Of a stretch of DNA of 64,000 nt, positions 10,392-21,039 are shown in pieces (position 1 is the stretch's first letter; each line of letters opens with the position of its first letter). Both the position numbers and the translations under genes were made by a program. Origin of the DNA: a virus; IMG/VR virus record IMGVR_UViG_3300019752_000001; one strand, 5' to 3'. The notes beneath the pieces are model-generated. The model did not search any database and was not told the DNA's origin. It worked only from the letters and a program-made list of their open reading frames with translations.

Positions 10392-11500
10392 CAACAAACT
10401 TCCCACCTCTTTACAAAAAGTCAGCAGCTAGCGGAAAAGTTAACTGTTGGAAGGTATCAGTACAAGGTGACACAATTACTGTTGAACAGGGTCAAGTTGG
10501 AGGTGCTACACAGACCTACCCAACAACCTGTGAAGGTAAGAACTTAGGAAGATCTAATGAAACCTCCCCTTCTGAACAGGCTATTCTGGAGGCTCAAAGT
10601 AAGTGGAACAAGCAAGTTAAGAAGGGCTACGTACAAGACTCTTCAGGTGGTGGTGATATTCTCCTACCTATGAAGGTGAGTACATATCAAGGTAATGAAC
10701 AAAAAGTAGTGTTCCCTTGCATTTTGTCACCTAAACTTAACGGTGTGAATGCTGAAGCTCGTCTGTTAGAGGATGGTAGTATTGTCCTTCTTAGTCGTGG
10801 AGGAGAAGAATACCTCCTACCGCCTCACTGGGAAGGGGAGCTTCGTGAAGCCTTCTCAGCGTTGAATACAACAAGTCTTAATGGTGAAGTGTATAAGCAT
10901 GGAGAGTGGCTACAGGACATTACAGGAGCTATGAAGAAGCCTAACAAACTTACTGAGGAGTTGGAGTTTCATATCTTTGATCTTCCATGTTCATCAGAAA
11001 ATTATGATTACCGTTCAACTGGACTTGGTATACTTTTTGGTATGTTTTCTTTCACATATTTAAAAGAAGTTGATTGGTTCGTAGCAGAGAACCACAAACA
11101 CATCGAGAACTTTCACAAAACCTGTGTGGAAGATGGCTACGAAGGTATTATCATCCGTAACCTTGAAGGTTTGTACAGATACAACACACGTAGTAATGAT
11201 GTGTTCAAGTATAAGGTAGCCTTGTCAGAAGAGTTTAAAATCACCTCTTACTTCGAGGATAAGCTTGGTCATGCTGTGTTCTGGTGTGAGTCTAAAGGCG
11301 GGACATTTAAGGCTAAGCCTAAAGGTACTGATGCACACCGTAAGGCTATCAGAGCAGAAGCTGATGAGTGGATTGGTAAATATATGACTGTTGAATTTGA
11401 GAGCTACAGTAAGGGTGGTAAGCCTACTAAACCTGTTGGTATTGGATTACGGAAAGGAGAATGGAATGAAGAGACTGAAGAGTTTATTCCTTCAGAGTGA
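10388..11500 (+). CDS. ATP-dependent DNA ligase with N-terminal WGR-like domain
   Basis: KLNG (motif I), LNGEVY, FHIFD, GYEGIIIR, KYK; OB-fold C-terminus. Confidence 0.9.
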   Translation: MTTNFPPLYKKSAASGKVNCWKVSVQGDTITVEQGQVGGATQTYPTTCEGKNLGRSNETSPSEQAILEAQSKWNKQVKKGYVQDSSGGGDILLPMKVSTYQGNEQKVVFPCILSPKLNGVNAEARLLEDGSIVLLSRGGEEYLLPPHWEGELREAFSALNTTSLNGEVYKHGEWLQDITGAMKKPNKLTEELEFHIFDLPCSSENYDYRSTGLGILFGMFSFTYLKEVDWFVAENHKHIENFHKTCVEDGYEGIIIRNLEGLYRYNTRSNDVFKYKVALSEEFKITSYFEDKLGHAVFWCESKGGTFKAKPKGTDAHRKAIRAEADEWIGKYMTVEFESYSKGGKPTKPVGIGLRKGEWNEETEEFIPSE

Positions 11501-11507
11501 GGAAATA

Positions 11508-12069
11508 ATGTACGCAGAAGCCCTCTGCAGAAGGTTATGGTGGAAGTTGTGTTTTGTGTATGAAGTCTATAACGAATATGGGTACGTTCTCCCTCGTTCT
11601 TGGATGATGGCTAAAGATGCTCAATCAAAGTATGGATATCTTTATTCCTACAAATACGCTGTTAAAGATTACGTGGAGGACATCTGATGTGTACAAACAC
11701 CAATGTGGAAATTGAACAAGTGTCTGTTGAACAAGTGTTAAACAACCCTGAGAAGTATGTGGCAGAAGCTTTATGCAACCCTAACCTGAGCTACTCAGAA
11801 ACTATTGAGTTGTTCAGCCAGTGGATTGGAGCAGCGTATGATGAGGGAAGGATTGAGGGGGCACAACAATGACCTCTCCTATCAAACCTATCCAGAGATA
11901 CACATTCACCTACGTTAACAAGGATGATGAAGGTAATGTTCAACACATCATATCCTGCCTTGCTTCAGGAACAACTATCAAAGCTGCTAAGATGTCAGCT
12001 CTTGAGACTATTAAGTGTAAGGAGGGTGGTGAGCAAGCTACCCTGAACAGTCTGAAACGTAACAAATAA
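11508..12069 (+). CDS. three small hypothetical proteins (11508-11687, 11687-11872, 11869-12069)
   Basis: Translationally coupled ORFs with RBS. Confidence 0.5.
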
Positions 12070-12079
12070 ACTTAATGAC

Positions 12080-12130
12080 AAAGCCTCTACCAATGACTAT
12101 ACTGTTGTTGGTAGAGGCTTTTTTTTTTTT
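12080..12130 (+). terminator. rho-independent terminator
   Basis: AAAGCCTCTACCAA...TTGGTAGAGGC followed by a T12 run. Confidence 0.85.
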
Positions 12131-12143
12131 GTGGGAGAAATAT

Positions 12144-12359
12144 ATGAAAGTGATTTACAACGGCGATGAAGGAACTTGGTTAGGTGTTCATTGTGATGGG
12201 TTGGTAGAGTATCATGTAATACTTTTCTCAACAGGAGACTATACAGGGCAGGAAATGTTGTGCTATGATATTCCTAAATTGAAGTGGGTGGATAAGAAGC
12301 CTGCAGAGATGCAGACTGTGGCATTTGCTGACACATTAAATAAGTATGAACTATTTTGA
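12144..12359 (+). CDS. hypothetical protein
   Basis: GGGAG RBS; true start lies after the terminator. Confidence 0.5.
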   Translation: MKVIYNGDEGTWLGVHCDGLVEYHVILFSTGDYTGQEMLCYDIPKLKWVDKKPAEMQTVAFADTLNKYELF

Positions 12360-12371
12360 GGAGAAAACACA

Positions 12372-13604
12372 ATGATTGAGATTGTAGTTAACGAAGAAGA
12401 TATGTCTGTCAGTGCTGGAGAACTTACTTACAAGTTTGTTAAGAAACTCCACTGGGCGGAAATTGCGAGACGGGTTACAGGAGTTGACTACATAAAGACT
12501 TCAGCCCCTGTTACAAAGAGAGATTGTTTTTCAGATGCTGCACATACAGACAGGAAGGTTAAGTGGGACGCCTCAATAAAACGTTGGGAGGCTATACTTG
12601 GGTGTCATCCTGTTAAGTTCGGTAAGATGTTCAACGGAGTTGTTTATCGATTGTGGATAGGGGAACACAAGGATCTCCTATACAAATACTGCTACCGAGG
12701 TTATGGGTTTGACCAAGAAAGCTTGAGACTTTTCTACAACAACAAAGAGCTAGCTTTGCAGATGGTTGAAGATAAGCAATACAATATACTCCCTTTTCTT
12801 TTTGAAGGTGTGTTTGATCAGGAAGGGTTTAACAGTATTAATGATTTTAAGAATGAACTAGGAAAGGGGTTATGGAAAAAGATAGTTAACAACTCTGTAA
12901 CTAGGAATAAACACATGGCGGCCTGTGTTGATATGGTTAGTGTGCACAGGAAGCGTGAGTTCTTTTCTGTAGCTAATACCCTCCCTTCTTCATATTTACA
13001 ACACGCAAAATTTGTGTATCGTTTCTCTGTGTTTGTTGCCAACAATAGCAAAGGTTTTCTTACCAAGAAGAAGAGTTATCATCTAAGAGGTAAAATACGA
13101 GATTTGATAAACTTAGCACGAGATACAGAAAATATGGCCAACAGGTTAGGTCTTCCTTACAACAACTCCTGGTCAGTTAAACGGATGAAGGCTGAACATG
13201 ATAAATACTCCAAGATAATTACAGCTCAGAAGAATCCCAAAGACCCTTTCTCACGTATTGGTTGGGCACCTAAAGAGATAGTTTGGGAGGAAGGGTTTAC
13301 AGCAACACTTTTAACCTCTCCTTTTGATGTGGCTATGGAAGGAAAAGATATGCGACATTGCGTTGCAGGGTATATTGGTAGTGTTGAAAAAGGAGAGTAC
13401 TTAATCTACTCTATAACAAATGCTGAAGAGGAAAAGGTTAGTACACTGGGCCTGTCTCGTGCCCGTACTGTTACATCGCAGGTACTATGGAGTATTGACC
13501 AGCACTACTTGAAAGGTAATACCTCTGTGAAGTGCGACATTCAAAAAGTTTTAGCCTTAACAACTGTTGATCAAGTGAACAACAACTGGAGAAAAACACA
13601 ATGA
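12372..13604 (+). CDS. PcfJ-domain protein
   Basis: EGKDMRHCVAGY...IYSI...STL. Confidence 0.8.
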   Translation: MIEIVVNEEDMSVSAGELTYKFVKKLHWAEIARRVTGVDYIKTSAPVTKRDCFSDAAHTDRKVKWDASIKRWEAILGCHPVKFGKMFNGVVYRLWIGEHKDLLYKYCYRGYGFDQESLRLFYNNKELALQMVEDKQYNILPFLFEGVFDQEGFNSINDFKNELGKGLWKKIVNNSVTRNKHMAACVDMVSVHRKREFFSVANTLPSSYLQHAKFVYRFSVFVANNSKGFLTKKKSYHLRGKIRDLINLARDTENMANRLGLPYNNSWSVKRMKAEHDKYSKIITAQKNPKDPFSRIGWAPKEIVWEEGFTATLLTSPFDVAMEGKDMRHCVAGYIGSVEKGEYLIYSITNAEEEKVSTLGLSRARTVTSQVLWSIDQHYLKGNTSVKCDIQKVLALTTVDQVNNNWRKTQ

Positions 13605-13843
13605 ACAAATTGACAACACGTACTACCCTTCTGGGGGCTTCGTTAATCACACTGATAGGGACTTTGACAGGATGTAATACAATGACTGTACAACGAGCTT
13701 CAGTAGGTATTCAATACTCTTCCCCGCCACCTATCAGGCAGATAATCATCACAAATGGACGTAGGTTGTCCTCAGATGTTATCCTGCCTAGTAGACCTGT
13801 ACAGATCATTCCTCGTAGGATCTACAGAGAGTATATCTACTGA
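13601..13843 (+). CDS. putative lipoprotein
   Basis: Hydrophobic N-terminus with LTGC lipobox. Confidence 0.5.
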   Translation: MNKLTTRTTLLGASLITLIGTLTGCNTMTVQRASVGIQYSSPPPIRQIIITNGRRLSSDVILPSRPVQIIPRRIYREYIY

Positions 13844-13990
13844 TGTGTGAGATAGATGATGAAAAGGAAAGCTTTGAAAAGGTTAGTGGTAAGGATGACC
13901 TGTTTGTTATAGGGGTGTATTTAGGAGGGTTTATTCTTAGTAGCTCTCTATACACTCTCTGGTTGTTAAGTGTTACGTGATGGAGGGGTT

Positions 13991-15265
13991 ATGAAGACTT
14001 CTATAAAAGAACTAAACAGTTACCTTGTTGGAGGTGCTGTAAGGGATAAACTCCTTGGTGTAGTTCCTAAAGATAAAGACTATGTAGTTGTTGGAAGTAG
14101 TGTTGCTGAGATGCTACACTTAGGGTTTAAACAAGTGGGTGCAGACTTTCCTGTATTCTTACACCCTGAAACAGGTGATGAATGGGCACTGGCTCGCACA
14201 GAGAAGAAAACTGGACAAGGTTATACTGGATTCACCTGGGACAGTAGTGATAGTGTCAGCCTCAAGCAGGACTTACTTCGTCGTGACCTAACCATAAACG
14301 CCCTCGCCATATCCTCAACAGGAGAGGTTATAGAACCTTATGTAGGCTGTATTGATGATGTACACAACAAAGTGTTGAGGCATACATCAGCTGCCTTCTC
14401 AGATGACCCTGTGCGTGTTCTGCGAGTTTGTCGATTATTATCTAGGTATGGGGAAGGTTGGACTATTTCCAGAAAGACTGAGTATATGTGTGACAACATA
14501 GTTGAATCAGAGGAATGGTCGCATTTGACAGCAGAAAGGGTTTGGAAGGAAACTGAAAAAGCTCTACAGGAGAAACACACTGACAAGTATTTTAAGCAGA
14601 TCCTGTACAACGAAGCGGTGGTTAATTTCCAGTGGTTCTCAGAACTTGCTCCTCTTTGTTTTGTACCTCAACCTGTTGATCATCACCCAGAGGGAGATGT
14701 ACTAACACACACATTAAAATCTCTGGAACAGGCTAGTGTATTAGGTGCTTCTCCTGTTGAGAAGTGGGCTGTACTATGTCATGATCTAGGGAAAGCGGTA
14801 GCATATTCTGCCAGAGGGAACCTATACGGGCATGAAGCAGCTGGACTGCCCCCAGTAAACTCTCTATGTGATCGGTTGAAGGTTCCTAACAAATACAGAG
14901 AGCTTGCATTGAAAGTGTGTGAGTGGCATACCTTGTGCCACAGGGCTTTCGAGTTATCTCCTAAACGTATTGTTAAGTTATTCAATGACCTTGACGCATT
15001 CAGGCGGCCTGATCAACTGTTCAGCTTCCTTCTGTGTTGTGAGGCAGATGCTAAAGGTAGAGGTAAAGGAGAAGATACAACATATTCTCGAATGTACTAT
15101 GCTCAGAAAGATTACTTGAAAGCTTGTTATGAGAGTTGTCTTGAGGTAGATTGTAATAAGATTGCTAACGAGGTGAGGTGTAAAGACTTTAATAATCCTG
15201 GACAAAGAATTAAACAGCTTATCCATCAAGCTAGAATTAAACAAGTTAAGAGGTGTATAAAATGA
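13991..15265 (+). CDS. cca: multifunctional CCA tRNA nucleotidyltransferase with HD domain
   Basis: YLVGGAVRD, DKDYVVVG, DLLRRDLTINA, DDPVRVLR, HHPEGD...HT, LCHDLGK. Confidence 0.95.
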   Translation: MKTSIKELNSYLVGGAVRDKLLGVVPKDKDYVVVGSSVAEMLHLGFKQVGADFPVFLHPETGDEWALARTEKKTGQGYTGFTWDSSDSVSLKQDLLRRDLTINALAISSTGEVIEPYVGCIDDVHNKVLRHTSAAFSDDPVRVLRVCRLLSRYGEGWTISRKTEYMCDNIVESEEWSHLTAERVWKETEKALQEKHTDKYFKQILYNEAVVNFQWFSELAPLCFVPQPVDHHPEGDVLTHTLKSLEQASVLGASPVEKWAVLCHDLGKAVAYSARGNLYGHEAAGLPPVNSLCDRLKVPNKYRELALKVCEWHTLCHRAFELSPKRIVKLFNDLDAFRRPDQLFSFLLCCEADAKGRGKGEDTTYSRMYYAQKDYLKACYESCLEVDCNKIANEVRCKDFNNPGQRIKQLIHQARIKQVKRCIK

Positions 15266-15750
15266 CTTCACAGAAACTACGAGCCTACTTCTTCCAGAAT
15301 ATGTATGTAGGTGGTGTTCAAGCAGGTATTCAAGCTCAACATTGTACAGCTCGGTTGTTTACAAAGTATCCACACAACTCAATTGAGAATGACACCATAC
15401 ATACTTGGGCAAATGAACACGAAACTACTATCCTTTTAAACGGAGGTATGTCTAAGGATCTGCGTGAGATCATGATGTGTCTCTGCACATTACCCTACCC
15501 ATGGGCTACCTTCTCAGAGTCTGATGAGGCTCTTGCTGGAGCAATTACAAGTGTCGGTGTAATATTGCCTGAGCATATCTGGATGCATAGAAAGTGGATT
15601 GAGGTACAGGGCCTTTCTGACGATGTAATCTACGCTGACCATGAGTATGTTATTCTGCCAGGGGATGGTATGAGGACAAGGGAGTACAAATACAGCTCCG
15701 GTGAACAAAACTTGACAAATCTCTTATCAACAAAACGATTAATGACTTAA
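15262..15750 (+). CDS. peptidyl-tRNA hydrolase Pth2-like protein
   Basis: GIQAQHC, TILLNGG, FSE.D...AITSVG pattern; coupled to cca. Confidence 0.6.
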   Translation: MTSQKLRAYFFQNMYVGGVQAGIQAQHCTARLFTKYPHNSIENDTIHTWANEHETTILLNGGMSKDLREIMMCLCTLPYPWATFSESDEALAGAITSVGVILPEHIWMHRKWIEVQGLSDDVIYADHEYVILPGDGMRTREYKYSSGEQNLTNLLSTKRLMT

Positions 15751-15760
15751 GGAACACAGA

Positions 15761-16861
15761 ATGAACCTACCAGATAAAGTTCTACGTAACAAAGCTCGTG
15801 AGCAGGTGACAGAGGCTTGCATTCCAGACCTGATTGTATCCCATATGTCAGGTAGTCATGCGTATGGAATGAACACACCTACCTCTGATGTAGATGTACG
15901 AGGTATCTTCTGTGCCCCTCGTAAGTGCATCTGCACACCATTCAATAACATTAATGAGCAGACTATTCCTTCTATGGAAGACGCTAAAGTGTATGAGGTG
16001 TCCCGATTCATCCAAATGTACACAGATGCTAATCCAAACATCTTAGAAACTTTGTGGGTGGATGAAGAAGATATTCTTACAGGCTCCGAGGCTTACACAC
16101 TACTACGTAACCACAGACAACAACTTTTATCTAAGAAGGTGGCATTTACCTACTCAGGCTATGCACTATCACAACTCAAACGTGTTAAGGGTCATAAGAA
16201 GTGGATTAACAATCCCTGTCCAGTAAACCCACCTAAGCAGAGCGACTACGTAAGCCTTGTACAAAACTTTACAGATGATAAGATTCTTCCTTCTGAGTTC
16301 TCATTAATTAACTATAAAGAAGGTTGTCGTCTAATCCCGTTTGGTAATAATTTGTTTGGTTTGTATGTTGGTGGTAAAGGGGGTGACTACAACACACATA
16401 CAGATGATGGTATGCTCAACATGGTATTTGTTGATGAGAGTCGTGTTGACTGGGGTGCTCCTCAGATGATTGTCAAATGGAACAAGGAAGATTGGGCTAG
16501 GGAGAAAGAAACTCATAAGAACTACTGGACTTGGAAACGTAACCGTAACCCTATACGTGCAGCTCTGGAAGAAGAACATGGTGCAGATATGAAACATGTA
16601 TCACACTTAGTACGCCTACTCCGTAGTGTTGAGGAGATCTTGACAGAAGGTGTTGTCAAGGTAAGACGACCAGACGCTGAAGAACTCCTTGCAATCCGTA
16701 ACGGAAGCTGGCAGTATGATGACATTATCAAGTGGGCTGAGGATAAGGATAAACTAATCCGCACAACACTGTACAACCAAAGTGAGCTTCGTAATAAGCC
16801 TAACCTGAACCTGGCAGGAAAACTTATGATGACTATTCAAGATATATATTGGGAGAAATGA
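15761..16861 (+). CDS. Pol-beta superfamily nucleotidyltransferase (RlaP / Nuc-transf-like)
   Basis: GSHAYGMNTPTSDVDVRGIF, NPNILE, KHVSHLVRLL, LLAIRNG. Confidence 0.85.
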   Translation: MNLPDKVLRNKAREQVTEACIPDLIVSHMSGSHAYGMNTPTSDVDVRGIFCAPRKCICTPFNNINEQTIPSMEDAKVYEVSRFIQMYTDANPNILETLWVDEEDILTGSEAYTLLRNHRQQLLSKKVAFTYSGYALSQLKRVKGHKKWINNPCPVNPPKQSDYVSLVQNFTDDKILPSEFSLINYKEGCRLIPFGNNLFGLYVGGKGGDYNTHTDDGMLNMVFVDESRVDWGAPQMIVKWNKEDWAREKETHKNYWTWKRNRNPIRAALEEEHGADMKHVSHLVRLLRSVEEILTEGVVKVRRPDAEELLAIRNGSWQYDDIIKWAEDKDKLIRTTLYNQSELRNKPNLNLAGKLMMTIQDIYWEK

Positions 16862-16864
16862 AAG

Positions 16865-17642
16865 ATGGAAGGGTATAAAGGTGATATTGATCCGCGTGTT
16901 GAGGGGATGACGCAACTACAAATATCCAGAAGTTTTGTTCATTACAATCTGACAAAGGAAGAAAAGGAGGAAGACTTAGGAAAAAAGAATAAAATTGTAG
17001 AGGAATACATAACGTTCAACTGTTTTGATAAAGAAGAGGCTTTAGTGGGGTTGCAGAGGTTAACTGACCTTATTACTTCGCTTGAGGAGATAGTATGTGT
17101 ATCTATTGGTGATGGAGAAATACGAGTAGTAGGAACAACCTCTGTCAAAATAGATAACATCGAGCATTACATGTACAAATGGCGATCCCAAGTAGCTAAC
17201 CAAGCCTCTTGGCAGAAGGATCACAATGAATACCTACTACTGAAGAAGAAGTTTGAAGGAGAGTAATATGTCTTTACCTGAAACACCTAACCCTGTAGGT
17301 TATAAACTCAACCACCACCCTTCACAGCAAGGACTCTGGTTCAAGTATGACGGAGGTCGCTACAAAGATGTATACAACATTAAGCTTCACTCTGGAGAGG
17401 TGATGTGTAACATGTTTCCTAATGGAAATGGTTGGTTTCCACACTTCGGTAGTGATGACAATGCAGCACATTGTATAGATGAGGATGTTGCAGAAGTTAT
17501 GCTTACACCTGACAAAAACCTTAGTAGGTTCTCACGTACAGGTGTAGCCAGAGTGGAACATAGTGTGAAATTGTTTGGTGATATGGTGCCGTGCATAACT
17601 ACATGTATTCCTCCAGAAACAACCTCGGAGCTCATCCTATGA
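16865..17642 (+). CDS. two hypothetical proteins (16865-17266, ~17268-17642)
   Basis: Coupled ORFs. Confidence 0.5.
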
Positions 17643-18118
17643 CAACTATTGCATACAAAGATGGCGTTATAGCCTACGACTCAAGACGCTCAGCAGGTAG
17701 CTTAATAGTCTGTGATACACAAGATAAGAAGCACATCATCCGCGAAGGAAGGGATGGAAGTACTGAAGGAAGTACTGAAGGCAGTATCATCCTGTTTGCG
17801 TCTGGTGCAGCTAATGATATAGAAAACTTAGTAGCTCACCTTCGAGACAACACCACTAAGCTGCACACAAACAATTATGCTAGCGGGTTGCTTGTTCAGG
17901 ATGGAGTGGTGTATGATATTGGAGTTAACAACACAGACGGGGTGTGGAAGTATGTCTCCTCAGACCCCTGGGCAGATGGGAGCGGACGAGAGTTTGCACT
18001 AGCTGCTATGGATATGGGAGCCTCTGCTAAGAAAGCTGTCAAGCAAGCTATTAAAAGGGATGCTAATTCTGGTGGTAAGGTGAATGTGTTTGTTGTGAAG
18101 GAGAATGATGATGCATAA
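17639..18118 (+). CDS. Ntn-hydrolase, HslV / proteasome-beta-like peptidase
   Basis: N-terminal M-TTIAY...DSR, GSG..FALAAM, D..SGG. Confidence 0.8.
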   Translation: MTTIAYKDGVIAYDSRRSAGSLIVCDTQDKKHIIREGRDGSTEGSTEGSIILFASGAANDIENLVAHLRDNTTKLHTNNYASGLLVQDGVVYDIGVNNTDGVWKYVSSDPWADGSGREFALAAMDMGASAKKAVKQAIKRDANSGGKVNVFVVKENDDA

Positions 18119-18969
18119 TCTCTATGAGGTGTTGGCTAACAACGGGGCTGGTAGTTTCCCTATACTTATAGGGTCTGCGTTTTTGTTGTGTCTAGTCTTA
18201 GCCTTCTTATGTACTGCTTTGTATAAGATAATCGAGGTATACTATTGGATTAATGACTTGCCAACCCCTGTTAAAGCTTTAAAGGGTAAAATTAACAAGA
18301 TGTTTGTTACAAGCTGTCTGTCAGTAGGGGGCTTAGCAATCGGAACAATCATTTACTGGTATCCTCCTCTTCTCTGGGGAATAGTGGTTGCAATAGGGTT
18401 GACAGCCTCAGCTTACACAGCTAGAATGATCCTACGTAAATTGAAGAACAAACAAAACTAAGGAGAAACACATGAACACAATCTCAACAATCATTGAAAC
18501 AGGAACTGTTACATACACTCAAGCCGTATCACTCGGGTGTGTATTAGTTGTGGCTTACGTAGGAACCTACTTTGTTAGTTGGTTGTCCGGTATGGCTTGG
18601 CGATGGATTGATGACATCCCTTCTGAAGTGTTTGTGCATCACCCACTGCTGATGTTGAATCTTAAGATTTTTAAGATTGGTAAGTTGAAGTATGACGGAG
18701 GTTGTAATTGGATGCAGACAAAGGCAAGATACTGGGGTGACAGTAAGCACAAAGGTACTATGGTAGCAGCCTGTACATTCATCTGGCCAGGAGCACTCCT
18801 GTTACTCTTCCTACCACTTACAACTCTGCTTGCAGTAAACAACTTAGTAGTAGTAGGTGTGGCAGCTCTAGCAGTAGGAACTATCTGGTTAGCTCGTACA
18901 GCACGACGTACACACAAAACTCTGAAGTCTCACATGGAAGATCTAGCTGTCCACAAGAAGACTAAATAA
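18105..18969 (+). CDS. two related-looking membrane proteins (18105-18461, 18472-18969)
   Basis: Multiple hydrophobic helices; shared W-I-[ND]-D and AR..-R near the C-terminus. Confidence 0.55.
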
Positions 18970-18991
18970 GAAACTACACAGCCTCCCTAAC

Positions 18992-19012
18992 AAGCCTCTT
19001 AATTGAGGCTTT
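18992..19012 (+). terminator. hairpin / probable terminator
   Basis: AAGCCTC-TTAATT-GAGGCTTT. Confidence 0.55.
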
Positions 19013-19043
19013 CCTCGTAAAAACCTAAACAAGGAGCTACACA

Positions 19044-19337
19044 ATGTCATTAGTAGATGCAGCCTACAAAGCAGCTGAAGAGGAAATCTCTCAGCGCCTA
19101 CCTTCCCCCTCACACAATATCCTCTCCCCTTTGGTGGAAGCTGGACTATGCAGAGAGAAACACTTATGTATGATCCTGAGTAGCCTAGAAACAGCCTATG
19201 AGCAGTTGGTTATGCAGAGTAAGATAAACAATAAGACTTCTTATGAGAGTGTTACAGATGCTGAGAAGAAGCTTAACAATATGCTGGCTGGCAAACCTCC
19301 CTATGCGGGACTGCATAACACAGAAGGAAACTCATGA
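19044..19337 (+). CDS. hypothetical protein
   Basis: AGGAG RBS. Confidence 0.55.
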   Translation: MSLVDAAYKAAEEEISQRLPSPSHNILSPLVEAGLCREKHLCMILSSLETAYEQLVMQSKINNKTSYESVTDAEKKLNNMLAGKPPYAGLHNTEGNS

Positions 19338-19588
19338 ACAACACAACACCAATTACAGTATTAAGTCTTTTCGATGGAATATCATCAGGCCACATAGCCC
19401 TAGACAGGGTGGGAATCCCTGTAGATAAATACTATGCAAGTGAGATTGATAAGTGGGTTATAAAATGCACACAACATAACTACCCAGACACTATTCAACT
19501 TGGTGATGTATGCAGCTGGAGAGATTGGGACATCCCAGCAAACTCTACAGTGAACCCTATAACTACACATAAACCTATTCTTCAATAG
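19334..19588 (+). pseudogene. truncated C5-cytosine DNA methyltransferase (motifs I-III only)
   Basis: VLSLFDGIS, YYASEID, QLGDV, then the frame ends before the catalytic PC motif. Confidence 0.75.
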
Positions 19589-20569
19589 TTATTTCTAATT
19601 ATTGTCACACATAACACAACAATGCTAACTACACCACTATATCCCTCCTTTGCACCATTCCCTTCCTTAGTGTGGCTGACACATTCCCTGTGTTGGCCTC
19701 CTCCACATCCACAAAATATCTGATATATTAATGCTCGCTGTCTAAGACAGAGGTGCTAGTTAGTTAGTACACAATTACACTACATCCCTTTATATATCTA
19801 CCTATCCCCGTAATCCTCTTTAAGCACCTATTAAGTCCCTCTTCCCGATAGGGCCTAAACACACGGCTACTTAACTACTAGCTAGCCCGTTCCCTAGCAC
19901 ACCTCTCCCGTGTAACAACATACACAAACACACATATTAAGAACAACCATCCAATGAAAATATCCCTCGTTAGCTCATTTAATTTATAATTAATTATTAC
20001 ACACTATAAAAGGTTGTATAGTCACCTTCCCTCCCTCTGAAATATACCTCATTCATCTCCTAATCAGCCCCTTCCTCCTCAGAAAATATCTGTAGACAAC
20101 ACACATAATCAAACAGAGGTAGATAGAAATATCTTAATAAGGCTAACTGTATCATATGTAACAGCCAGAGCTATCCAGTAACTTATGGAGGAACCTCTTT
20201 AATTATCTGTGTAGATAGCTTGTCAGGTGTGTTGTATGGCTTCTCTGTAGCTACCGTATAAGGTGTTGCTGATTATTATTGGATCACCGTCCGAGGTGTT
20301 TAACCAGTGCAGCCGAGGTATGTCCTCACTAGCCATAATCTGAAAATATCCTACCGTTAGCCCTATACCTGTACGCTTATTCATTATCTTCTTAGTCGAA
20401 CGCTCACTAACCCTCTGAACAACTATTCAACAACCATGCAGCCTGTAGCCTATCCAGTGTCTTATGTCAACAGCTTTTTAGTCCCATTGACAGCCATGTC
20501 ATAGAGTGCATCTATACATATTCTTTAATGATCATTATGTAGTGTCCTATTCAAAAACAGTCTAAAAAC

Positions 20570-20597
20570 ACTTCGCATAACACCCATTATGTTAAAT
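20570..20597 (+). other. XerC/XerD dif-like recombination site
   Basis: ACTTCGCATAA-CACCCA-TTATGTTAAAT; XerD arm 11/11 and XerC arm 8/11 identical to E. coli dif, 6-bp spacer. Confidence 0.85.
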
Positions 20598-20611
20598 CAG
20601 GAACATATACT

Positions 20612-20627
20612 TGGCATGATGTTTGCT
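20612..20627 (+). promoter_or_regulatory. sigma54 (-24/-12) box 1
   Basis: TGGCATGATGTTTGCT vs consensus TGGCACGNNNNTTGCW. Confidence 0.65.
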
Positions 20628-20691
20628 AAGGTTGTTGAACAGGTGTTATGTAGATAGTTGATTGAGTGTTAAGATGAAATAAATATTCAGT

Positions 20692-20707
20692 TGGCATGGT
20701 AGTTGCT
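20692..20707 (+). promoter_or_regulatory. sigma54 (-24/-12) box 2
   Basis: TGGCATGGTAGTTGCT. Confidence 0.65.
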
Positions 20708-20943
20708 AACTGAAATAGACTGTCTACTTATTGAATAGTCATCTAATAAGTAACTGAATGGTTACTTATTAAAACAGAGGATAGATGAATGAGGGCAAGA
20801 TAATAGGAGGTTGAATGGTTATTCAATAGTTATTCAATAGCCATTCAACTTGAGCAGCTATTCAGGTATAATTGTTGAGGATTTGTACAATTATGTTGGT
20901 AGAATAGTTGAATGAGTGTTTACAGTTGACAGGGAGATTGCGT

Positions 20944-21039
20944 TGTGCTTAACAAAACAAATAACAAAATAACTAAGTGTGCTTAACAAATGTAGTAACA
21001 AAATACTATAGAAACTTCCTCCTGAGTGTGCTTAACAAA
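20944..21039 (+). repeat. 3 x TGTGCTTAACAAA direct repeat
   Basis: Exact 13-mers at 20944, 20978, 21027. Confidence 0.8.

Larger units (their letters stand above)
20416..20922. repeat. cluster of TGARY-N4-RYTCA palindromes
   Basis: Copies at 20416, 20732, 20755, 20812, 20851, 20909. Confidence 0.65.

Noticed and set aside
20147-20164. LexA SOS box CTGT...ACAG
   Set aside because: Spacer is 10 nt, not 8.
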